This document shows, one piece after another, positions 37,195 to 48,103 of a stretch of 64,000 bases of DNA. The notes beneath the pieces are model-generated. The model had not been told where the DNA came from. It searched no databases and was given only the letters and a program-made list of their open reading frames with translations. The stretch is from Podarcis melisellensis (Eukaryota). Each line of letters begins with the position of its first letter. Positions within the stretch are counted from its first letter, which is position 1. The position numbers and the translations under genes are program-made. The stretch is taken from NCBI GenBank assembly GCA_964234715.1, contig OZ174279.1; one strand, 5' to 3'.

Positions 37195-37720
37195 ATCATC
37201 ATCATCAATGGTAGTAGTAGCAGCAAATTTAATACATACCCTTTACCAGCAGGTTCCAGGGCAGGTTATAACACTTTACAATTCAGTATTAAAAACAGTT
37301 ACAGCAAATTAAAGTCACAGTAATAGAGTGGGTGCTGAAAAACACACCCCAGATGTCAAAGGCTAGATAAAAGAAGAGTGTCTTTGGCATTCCCAAAAAA
37401 CTGGATAATGAAGTTCCTAGGCATGCACCTTTGTGGCAAGGTATCATCCACGTATTGGGGACAATTCCCTCCAAAACCTCTGAGGACAGCTCCTAGCAGT
37501 TTCATATATATGTCAAATAGCATGGGGAACAAGATGGAACCCTGCAGGGCATCACAGGAAAGCCCTCATAGTGTTGAACGGTGGCCTCCTGGAACTACTT
37601 TCTGGAAACAGACTTGGAGGTAGGAGCAGAACTGTGGAGGGTACAGTGCCTACCTCCCTGAACCATTCTAGAAGCATACCATCATCATGTAGAGAAGCCA
37701 AGTGGCTGCCTAGCTTTCTA
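37195..37720 (-). pseudogene. L2-clade LINE remnant: reverse-transcriptase core next to the 3' tail
   Basis: The minus strand translates ...QGSILFPMLFDIYMKLLGAVLRGFGGNCPQYVDDT (RT QGS and YxDD motifs, 37441-37550), with a stop and a frameshift upstream. L2-type 3'UTR at 37195-37430. Confidence 0.88.
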
Positions 37721-39944
37721 TGGGCCCCATGTTGGAGGCCCCCAGTAGCTCCTCCATTGTCATACAGATGCACCTGGGTGCTGCCTGCTGCAGGTGCTCC
37801 TCTTTCTCCTTGCTGCTGTCCATCGGCTCTCTTTTACCTGTAATTCTTTGGCATTCCACTCAAGCCACCATGTGTGGGCAGCCTCCATGGAGGCATGGCA
37901 GGAGCTGAAGTGTGGGTGGTGACCTGCAATCATCATAAATGAAGACTGGGCTCAACAGTGCTACCAGCTGCTGAACAGTGCTACCTGCTGGCTGCTGGCA
38001 GCTCTGAGCTCAACCAACTAACCTACAGCTCACGTTAAAAACAACCAGTTCAAATGATCAGGCCTGCCATCAGTTTTGATGCCTTGACACTAAGATGCAC
38101 CCAATTGCAAACCATCTAAATGTAGGCTTGTAGTACTCTGTTGAATATAGACAAATGGCTTGGCAGGTAGCGGCAGATGCCATGTTGTAGCTTAGTAGAG
38201 CCAGTCATAGTTATCTTGATAAAAGATGACAGTTTTTCTAGGGGAAGATGGTTTTAAAAGCAGCATGAATTTTATTAGCTGTGATAAAGGATTCTTTAGA
38301 AATCAGGATAGACAAGACTAGAATCTAGGTGGTGATTCATATGTTGTGCCTATTTTGTACACCTGACAGGAAGGGCGTGTGGCAAAGAACAGAGGAAGGT
38401 TGTGTTTCAGCGTCACTGAGTTATCTTATATTATTTCTATATTGTTTCCTGTGATAGCTTATGTTACCGTGAGTCACTACTTCCTTAAAAAATAGAAATG
38501 CTCACAACTAAATGGGGATTTCAATAGAAAACTTAAGTGCCATTGTGTTATCTCTGGATAAAAAGAGCCATTAATATGTGTCAGCGTCATCCAGGAGAAA
38601 TATGATTCTGAACCTTGGGTGCTGGAATGTTCTGGTAAACTTCTTTTGTGTACCCTCAGACTTTAATCACAGCACTGTCAAGTAGTATCTCAGGTTTTGC
38701 CTGTATTAAAGGTTTTGATTTCACCTCAATTCACGAGCACAATCATTTTATAGAGAGGAAGTGAAGGAATGTTACCACAAATGAGTGGTCTTCTCTAATC
38801 ACACAATTGGCACAGATGGTTTTTCTTTCTTACATCCACATCCATTGTGAACGCAACACAATTCCCATCTTCTCTCTTAAGTTATAGACACATGAGGTGG
38901 GAAACTCCCTTGTCCTGCCTCCTTCTGTTAGACAGCAGATTGCAGGAGTAAATGAGTGTGGGAGATTGGGAACAGAGGGAAACAAAGAGGCACAGGACAT
39001 GGGAGCAGCAAAGAGGCGGAATAGAGCAAAACGGGGAAGGTTAAAGTTAAGGCCTAGTGAAAAAGAATGAGAGTCCAGTGTGGTCCTGTTGATGTACAAC
39101 ACATTTGTGAATCACCCTCTTAGATCTGCCATTTGCTACCATGGCTTTTTAGAAAGCCTAATAAGTTTTCATTTTCCTTTTTATTTTTTATTTTACTGCT
39201 AACAATTCCAGTTTAAGAGAAAGCTGAACAAAGGAGGGGGAGGGGAAGGAGCTTAATTATTTTATCCTTCATCAAAAGATTCCAAAGCAGTATATACAGA
39301 TGTGAAGAGTATGATTTATGTACCATATAAATTCAACCCAAAAAAACCGATAAGCATAACTACATATATGTGTGGCGTAAGCCACCCATTAGTGTTCATG
39401 ATCTAATGGCTTATTGTGGGCATTAGATGCTTGTTATCAAAACAGGGGGGGGGAACCCCTAAAATGACAACCCAACCTTATTTGAGTTCTAAAGTTCAGA
39501 CTGTAGTCTGGATTTAACAAAAGAATGTGCATTAAGGCAGAGAACCATGTGGAACATTGGGTCAGGACTTTGTGATTTTGCAGGAACAGTCACTGCTGCT
39601 GTTCAGTTTTAAAACAAATTAAGCATTAAGTTTGGTTGCTCACACAGTTTTCTCTGTCTTCTTTGGAACCTGGCCACATGTAGTATGCACTCTGTGCAAA
39701 AATATAAAAACCTAAATTTTGTGCCAAAGTAATCCAAATTCTGTGCAGAGAAAACCTGGATTGTTTGGCCAGTAAAAACTATGCATTTTGTGGGTATTTG
39801 CATTTTGTGCTGATTTTGTATAATTTATATTGCATATCATAGATGTGGAGTGGCAAGAATCTACACAGGGTGCTGGAGCTCCACTTCTCAACATCGGAAA
39901 TCTTATTCAGGCATATATTTTGCTTCCAAGATTACACCAAGAAT

Positions 39945-40025
39945 GATAGATAGATGGTAGATAAGTAGATGATAGACAGATGATAGATAGATGATAGATA
40001 GATGATAGACAGATGATAGATAGAT

Positions 40026-40058
<33 letters not shown>
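39945..40058. repeat. (GATA)n / (GATAGAT)n microsatellite
   Basis: Read directly. Confidence 0.95.
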
Positions 40059-40059
<1 letters not shown>

Positions 40060-40615
40060 GGGTAGAAAAACAGATTTTTAGGAAGCTGAGTTTTAAGATC
40101 TTTAAAGAATTCTGCGTTTTCTCTCTGCTTTAGGAGAATCACAGGATTCACATAGCCCTGGCCAAAATCTTCAGCATGTTCTGAACAGTTACTACCTGAT
40201 GTGCTATTTGTGCACTTTCTTTTTTCATGTTCATAAAGAAGGAGCGCAAAAAGCTTATCAACCTTAGTCACTTTTATAGCAGGACCATGTTGATCATTTT
40301 ATTGTCCTTTATGACAACGCAGTCTTCCTTCTAGAGATTTAGAAGTGATTCATTAATTTTTTTTACTAGTCTGGGGCTTTTTTGATAACAACTAGTCTAA
40401 CAAAGTGTATCACTTATACTCTCCACATCCCTGTGTACTATGGTAACATACCAAATAAAGAAACTTTAGTGAACGGATGCTTACATGGTAACAGTGATAG
40501 CCGCAGCTGTCCTTTGTCAAGATGTCACAATTACAGTAATGATGGCAACTGTCATTTAAGTATCATAGCTAGTCCACAGGAACTTTTATCTGCAAGTCAC
40601 ACACCTGCATGAAGA

Positions 40616-40665
<50 letters not shown>
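40616..40665. repeat. (AAGC)n microsatellite
   Basis: Read directly. Confidence 0.96.
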
Positions 40666-40666
<1 letters not shown>

Positions 40667-40940
40667 TAAGCACGCACTGTCTGTTTGTATAGATTGGTCA
40701 TCAGTCTCATATATTCCTTGTATTGATATATTATTGTTTGCACTCGCTTCCTGTTCTTTGTCATTTTCATTGGACTTCCTTCGATATTAGCAAACTTGTC
40801 CATTCTTATCCATTTTTCCACAGTTTTATGCATTTTTATCCTCTTGCACCTCCAGACAAGCCCTTTCATGTTTAAAACAAGTTGGTTTTTTTGCCCATGT
40901 GTGTTTCATCTAATGCCTGCCTCTATGAATGTAATAGGAA

Positions 40941-41030
40941 TTCTTCTTCTTCTTCTTCTTCTTCTTCTTCTTCTTCTTCTTCTTCTTCTTCTTCTTCTTC
41001 TTCTTCTTCTTCTTCTTCTTCTTCTTCTTC
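40941..41030. repeat. (TTC)30 pure trinucleotide repeat
   Basis: 90 nt of uninterrupted TTC. Confidence 0.97.
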
Positions 41031-41225
41031 TATTATTCCCTATTCCCCATCCATCTGTCTGGGTTGCCGCAACCACTCTGGGCAGCTTACAATGTAATAA
41101 AAACAGCAAAATGTCAAACTTTAAGTACTTCCCAATACAGGGCTCCCTTCAGATGTCTTTGGAAAGTTGTGTACTTGTCTATCTGTTTGACATCTGATGG
41201 GAAGGTGTTCCACAGGGTGGGTGCC
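41031..41225 (-). mobile_element. L2-clade LINE 3' fragment
   Basis: Aligns with 56140-56330 (atacagggct..cttcagatgt...catctgatg.ga...gttccacaggg.gggtgcca). Confidence 0.85.
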
Positions 41226-41590
41226 AGTTTTCTTTCAGTTTGCTGGTATTACCTACAGGAGAATGGTATTGTAAATGCAAGGAAGCATAATTTGGGGGAA
41301 GAAAAGGACGCAACTGAAGCACTATTCAGCATTGTGTTGTGGTGGATGTTCTGTCTGGGGAAGCATTCTAGCTTGTGAGGCACAGCAACCCCTCTCCTTC
41401 CCCCATGCACTGTTCTGGGTGTTTCCCTGACCACCCAAAGAGCCAGTTTCAGGTGACATGGAGGTAGGGTGGAGAGGGAAGAATGCTGTATTGTACAAAT
41501 GAACCTTATTGCACAGGGCTTCTGTTAGGTGAATGCCATCCATGAGAGCGACAGAGGTGCCATCTGATGGTATTTGGAACTCTGCAGAAC

Positions 41591-41826
41591 CAGTGATACC
41601 TCTAGTTACATACTTAATTCGTTCCAGAGGTCCGTTCTTAACCTGAAATGTTCCTAACCTGAAGCACAACTTTAGCTAATGGGGCCTCCCGCTGCTGCCA
41701 CCACGCCGCAATTTCTGTTCTCCTCCTGAAGCAAAGTTCTTAACCCGAGGTACTATTTCTGGGTTAGCGGAGCCTGTAACCTGAAGCGTATGTAACCTGA
41801 AGCATATGTAACCTGAGGTACCACTG
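41591..41826. mobile_element. Tc1/mariner (pogo/Tigger-like) MITE
   Basis: cagtgatacctctagtt ... gaggtaccactg|TA; same family and orientation as the 31655 copy. Confidence 0.92.
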
Positions 41827-44800
41827 TATTGGAAAGGGTTAGAATACTTTTTGGCCAAATCCTTTGCAGTGTTCATTTCATCTACTAGCACGTCAATTAC
41901 TGCAATTCAGATGACTGAGTACTAGAATCAGAGAACAAGTGTGGTATAAACCCAGAAATAAGCAACTTCTCTGTACTCTTTTAAGTTCACTTTCCAAAGT
42001 TTGGACTTCGGACTTAAGTCTTTTATCAAAATTTCCTTCAGCTATTTAGGACTGATAAGAGCATTTTATCAATATTCACTTAATTTGTTTAAATATTTCA
42101 GTAAAATCTGACATCCACATTACGCTATGGGAGAGACAAAGGGAACCTCCACAGGAACCTCTCATGTGCACACCTCAGTGTAATTAAATGGGAGCTGGGG
42201 AAACAACACTTCAGGAGGACTTGCTCAGCACATGTCCACCAGATTTTGCCATGATGAAAGCCTTATTATGTACCTTAATGCTACTGTTTTCTGTATTTTA
42301 TTTATTGTCTGGCTCTTACATGCCAAGGAGAAACTGCAGTAGATAGTCAATAAGGTTTTTAATTGCAAAGATTTCCTGTGACATGAGTGTTAATGAATGT
42401 CAAAGCAATAACAGAAAGGACATTACTGGTTTAATGATTGATAGAATGAGATGGGATAAAGCATCAGGTATTTTGCAGGATAAATGACTACTGTTCTGTG
42501 TTCCTTTTACATTAGCAGTATCAACACTTAGATCACATGGGAAGAAATAATGCCTCAGATGAAGCAGAGGATCATAGCCTGTTATTCATTAACAAACCAG
42601 TAATGATAATTAATGTGCATTTCATTGGATATGTTCATACTTATTAATGGCAGAACACAGTGACCAATATTTGCCACTGAATTCAGCAGAATTGGCATGG
42701 GGCAGGTCTCATAAATGGGCTCCAGTGTTTTGCTTTCTGACCCTTATGGCTCTCATTGTATTTACAAATACTGCTAAAACTTTGAGAATTATTTCAGTAG
42801 GACTTTTAACCAAACACATTTGGCATAAAGGCAGCATTACTAAGACCAAAACTGCTCGTATTCTGAGTCCCCTCCACCCAATTTGATTTCTGCAAGAATA
42901 AGCATATTTGGTGCCTCATACCCTTCACTCAAGAATAGTGATGCAAATATAAGGTTAAGGAAATTCATTATTTGTTATACATTTGCTCAGTGTGAATGCT
43001 TTGTTCTGAATATGACTTTTGCAGGATTTTCAATTTTTTTAAATAAAAAAGCACTAATGTATGTAATAAGGAGGGCTAGTGGTGTGAGTAAGCAAGAGAG
43101 ATTGAGAGTAGCGTGAGTGGTGGCAGTAAGGGACCTTAGCACTGTCCTTCCAGTACTGAATGTGAAAGGTCTGCAGGGGACTTTAACTTGTATAAAATTA
43201 AATGTGATTAGAACCCTCCTGCTATGTCATCAGGGACCTCAGTTGTACAGAGGGTTCTACTCACATCCAGTTGAGTGGCTGGGGACTGAATGTGTGAGGC
43301 AGAAGTGCAAGGGTACCTTTAAAGCCCCCGTTTTTCTAAATTGTGTTAGGTGAATGTCTGAACACAGCAAACATGGTCTCTGATACAGCCATTAATCAGA
43401 TCCACATCTGATTTAGATCAGCAGTTCTAAAGCATCAGGTTCTCCAAAACCATTGGCTGCGGCTGTTGGTTTTTATGACCTTTTGTGAAAGATGTGGTGA
43501 TTTTTGGCTATATTTCTCATATTTTTGCTTACTGCAGACTTTTATTTGTCCTGTCAATTGTATCCAGGTTCTTCAAATATTCTTTGCTTTAAGAGACATC
43601 CAAAAGTTGTTTTGAAGTTTGCAAAGTTCACTCTTTTCCCAATGACTTTGCCGAGTCCCAGATGGTCTCTCCTGTTGAATTCAGTGCCATTGGGTTGTCC
43701 CTCCTTCTGAAGGTCAGTGTATCACGTTTTAGTGGCAAGGCTTGAGAAAGCACAAATATATTGTTTGTCGGAAGCACATGTTGAAGTGCTAGCGGTGATT
43801 CTTGTTCAGAGAGCCTGTTAATGTGGTAATGAAATGCACAAAGCAAAGAGGTTCATCCATATAAATGGGTAATTTAAATAATGAGGAAGGAGGAAGGATG
43901 TGGCTCAGTGTCAGTACTGATTAATTAGGACATAAAATAAATAACCTGCTTAACAGCATTGGTTGCTTCCACTAGAAGGTACCCTGTTAGTGAGAAATGA
44001 AGTTAATGACAATGACAATCTAATTACAGGTTTGTTAAGTGGATCTCCATTATGATATTTTCCTAAATCCAGGGGCTTGTTGGTAGGTATACATTACTTT
44101 ATTCATTTAACGAAACCCTTAGTAAAGACCTAAGAAATGTAATGTGCTGTTCTGAATTACTTGTCATTTGTAAGCTTCCTCCATTGCAGAAAAGCAGCTA
44201 TGGCTATGCCAAACACGCTGGCTGATCCAGGCCCCCTTGTTTGATGTCAGTGTTGATGTAATGGTCCACCACTATATAGTTATGAATAAGTGCATTTATC
44301 TAATGTATGGCCACACAGGGAAATAATGAACAGATGTTAACAATAATTTTTAATGGCACAGTTCTATGGTTGTTGCTGTTTTTTTTAATAAAGTATGGTC
44401 AGAATGTATGGATGCTTTATTTATTAACACTTTCAGTATCGTAAACTCAATTGCACCTAGGCTAGGCCTCTGGAGATGTGCTGAGTAACATTTAATAAAG
44501 CAGAAATATACCAGCAAACAAAATATGTCTTAAATTAGCTAGACAGTTCGCCACAGGCTTTCCTGGTTTCAGCTGTGAAAATGAGAGAAATGCAAAATCC
44601 AGTTCTTGACTAAAAATCAGATTATATATACTATGTTAGTATATTTCTTAGCCATAGGGTATAAATTGCCAAGTAAATCAACCTCTGCAAGCAGACTTCT
44701 AGATATGTGTGTATTTGTGTATTCTATGGCAGTGCCATGACAGAATGTGCTACCAAAGGAACCTTTAGAGGAAGAATGTAAAAAATAGTAAACCCTTGGA

Positions 44801-45019
44801 GTTTTGGATGTCTTTTTCAGCTCCTCCTCCTCAAACACATATATGGTTCATCCATACCTTCTGTGGCCTTGCACTATCTGATTTCTACCTGTTCTTTCTT
44901 TCGTTGTGACCTGAAAGATATCCCAACAATTCCTAACAATTCAGTTAGCCAGCTTAATGTTTAGTTTTCCCTAAGGAGGAAATATATTACTTGTTCTATT
45001 ACCAGGGTAGCTGCTGGGA

Positions 45020-45335
45020 GAATTAGGGAGCCTATGCACAAAAAGCTGGTATAAAGCAAGCCTGGGTTCATTAGGCTGGTGTAAAGTTACACCAGATCCA
45101 AACCCTGTTCAGCACTGGACCGGCTGCTGCTCTGCCTAAGCTTGGCAGAGGAAAAGCAAGTCTTCAAAATTGTGTTCTGTGCTGCGTTGGCAGGTCATGG
45201 GACAGAGCCGAATGGGCTTAGGATCCAGCCTAAGTTCCCCCCTCTCTGGACCTTCCCCCCCCCCATGCCTGCAGAATGCCCCCTTTGGGGGACTTACACT
45301 AGCCTTGACTCACTAGCTTCAGATTAGCTGGTTTA
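45020..45335. mobile_element. Degenerate non-autonomous element, same family as 58585-59190
   Basis: Shared blocks gtgtaaag(t)tacacc.gatccaaac, gcctaag...gcaga.gaaaa.ca and cagaatgcc.cc.ttt...cttac.ct.gc. Confidence 0.6.
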
Positions 45336-46536
45336 GCTCTCACGGCTGTAATTGACATTTGGTGCTGTATTTCTGATGCATTCGGATACAGTACTCCCTT
45401 CTCTGTTTTTGCTTCTCCTCTTCTCTTTCAGCAGATAGCTGTTTCTGTCTGATCTGATACCCCCGTGCACTTCCTACCTTCAAGAAACACAGTGTGCTCA
45501 CTTACTACAAACTTTGGCAGTGTCTCCCATTAATATCAATAACTAAGGCTGCTGTGCAGAAGCTTATTCTACTTCTTACATGGGCAAAATAAGTATATGA
45601 TATAAGGGTGAACACGCTCTACAAATATTTGTTTAAAACCAAAGAAAAAATACTTGATTTTTAAATGTGCTGTCCGCAGGCTCCTTTTTCAGTTTCATTA
45701 TGAGGTATGACATTGCATTTTTAGTATGAAGTCATTCCCGTGTTGTTATGATCTAGAAAGTCACTTTGAATTCAAATATGAAATGAGACCATCCATCATG
45801 TTAACAATTTAATTACCTCAGTATATATTTTTACAGCAAAAGGGGGGAAAGCCTATTATTTGTTGTATATCTTATTACAGATTCATTGCCTCAGGACGGC
45901 AGGGCCTGTCAGTAGGGTAGGCCTTGTGGTTAGAAATGCCAAGATATGAAGTAGATAAGACATGTAGTCCTTGTGCCTTCTGTTGGGGCCTACTCCATTT
46001 TTATGTTCGCTCGAGGCCTTTACCTGTTAGATTCCCTGTAATCTTTGTTGCTAGAGTGGAATGGTGACTTGTAAAAGTAATGAAGCGTGGCGAGGATATT
46101 GAAAGGGTCGAATAAAGTAGAAATGTGATATTTTCTATCTTTTCTGGACCCAGGAAATAGGACTCCCGCTGTTGAGTCTAGCTTGGGAAATTGCCATCAC
46201 ATTCCCTACAAAACAAAAGTTGTGAGATGTATTGTTCAAAGCTTTTGGAAGAGACAAAGTAATCAATGCAGGAGGTTTTATCTGATTGTCTAACCATCTG
46301 GTTTCCCAGTGACTGAAGGTTAAGCATTGAGGAAACCAGGGGATTATAACTGGTGTGGTAGGAAAGAAGGGCAAACAGCTGAAGAGCTGATGGTTTCAAA
46401 ACAAAACAAAACAAAAAATAAAACACAGAACCAAATTTTTATTTATAAATTGCACAATATAATTGAGATCCCATGAAACAGAACTGCAAATTTCATAGGT
46501 ACATTTGTTTTTTAGTAAGATAATAATGGATAATAA

Positions 46537-46772
46537 AGGTAAAGGGACCCTTGACCATTTGGTCCAGTCGTGACCGACACTGGGGTTGCTGCGCTCATCT
46601 TGCTTTATTGGCCGAGGGAGCCGGCGTACAGCTTCTGGGTCATGTGGCCAGCATGACTAAGCTGCTTCTGGCGAACCAGAGCAGCTCACGGAAACGCCGT
46701 TTACCTTCCCACTGGAGATACCTATTTATCTACTTGCACTTTGACGTGCTTTCAAACTGCTAGGTTGGCAGG
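46537..46772 (-). mobile_element. 5'-truncated Sauria SINE with an 11-bp TSD
   Basis: aggtaaagggacc...gggtcatgtggccagcatgactaagc...ctgctaggttggcagg. ATGGATAATAA occurs at 46526-46536 and 46774-46784. Confidence 0.95.
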
Positions 46773-47607
46773 TATGGATAATAATTGATGAATAAAACGT
46801 ACATGAAATGTGGAAACAGATAAGCATGGTAGCCAAATGATGTGCTTCATGTGAAACTGTTTTCCACTTGGTACCAACCATATAGCAATCTATATTTGAT
46901 GCTTTATCTCTGATGAGAAAGTTCTTTTCTGGGCCACAAATTTGATTAAAGCAGGTCATGTCACTCTTCAAAGTCCAATATGACACTCTCAAATTGCTCT
47001 AATTTATTTAAACAATAAATTAGATTTTATATTAAAATTGGCAATTGAAGGGCCAGGTAGGGCCTTATTTTCATCTGGGCCTCCCAGTTGCTAACCTTTG
47101 TCTTCAATTTACACATGAACAAAATTAATATTTCATTGGAACAATTTATTCTTGAACAATTATTTTGGTAAATTAAAGTTGCCCTTTCTGTGGTACTCTC
47201 AACCTCATATACTTACTATTTCCCTGCCAAATCACTGGTTCTTTCTGAAGTGCTAATGTGACTGAGTTTGGATTGGATTGAATTGTAGTGTCATGTTTGA
47301 AATCCCAAAGACCACGTGTATCAAGGATTTGAACCTTAAAGCGGGCTATTTGATTGCCAATCACTAAATAATGCCTACCTGCGCAGAACAACGTCTTCCA
47401 TTGTGCTTCGTACTGGTGCTTTTAGCTATTTGTCAGTGTGATTGAAGAATACAATTAACTCAGAGACAATACACCAAAACTAGACAAGACATCAAACTAT
47501 TCATGCATCCAAAGCAATGTATTGTCAAAGGTTTTTTACAAAAGAATGAATGGGGTCTGTCTCACACACCCCAAACAAAAGAAACAAAACCAAAACATAA
47601 ACCAGGC

Positions 47608-48103
47608 CAGTTCAGACAACATGTTTTCCAGTCTGCAAACCATGGTTTGGAGTTTGGGAACGTGACATAAGCTTCTACAGTCCCTTTCCCCTCCCCTGCT
47701 TTACCTCCTTTTCATGCATTGATTGCCCACCTCTGTTTCATAAATTATTAACATACTTTTGCAATTTTGTTCAAACTGATGTGAACACTAACCAGAATTC
47801 CCCAAACCATGTTTTGCACACCCACCCCAAGCCATAGTTACATGTTTAGCCCTAACCATGATTAGCTTTGAGTGGGATGTAACAGGAAAACTGTCATTTT
47901 AGTTAACCATGGAATGGAGAGGGGAGTCGTAAGTATGTTACCCTAAACAACTCCCATCACCCCTAGCTAACAGGACCAGTGGTCAGGGATGATGGGAATT
48001 GTAGTCCCAAAACATCTGGAGGGCTGAGTTTGGCCACCACTGCCCTAAACCATGTTCCATTTTCAAACCATAGTGTGGAGTGGGGAAACCTGATGTCTAA
48101 ACT
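47608..48103. mobile_element. Palindromic non-autonomous DNA element hosting a nested hAT MITE
   Basis: Imperfect ~40-bp TIRs cagttcagacaacatgttttcc...aaccatggtttg / caaaccatagtgtgg...aaacctgatgtctaaactg; repeated internal aaccatg motifs. Confidence 0.7.
47949..48042. mobile_element. hAT hairpin MITE with its left arm deleted but both TSD copies (CCCTAAAC) retained
   Basis: Core nearly identical to 20385-20445. CCCTAAAC occurs at 47941-47948 and 48043-48050. Confidence 0.85.

Noticed and set aside
39903-40271. 122-aa minus-strand ORF
   Set aside because: Extended by the (TATC)n repeat; no homology recognised.
40796-41197. Poly-L/S/R ORFs
   Set aside because: Translation of (TTC)30 and the L2 3'UTR.
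45405-45560. Strong NAGNAG acceptor (ctcttctctttcagcag)
   Set aside because: Stops in all frames and no good downstream donor.
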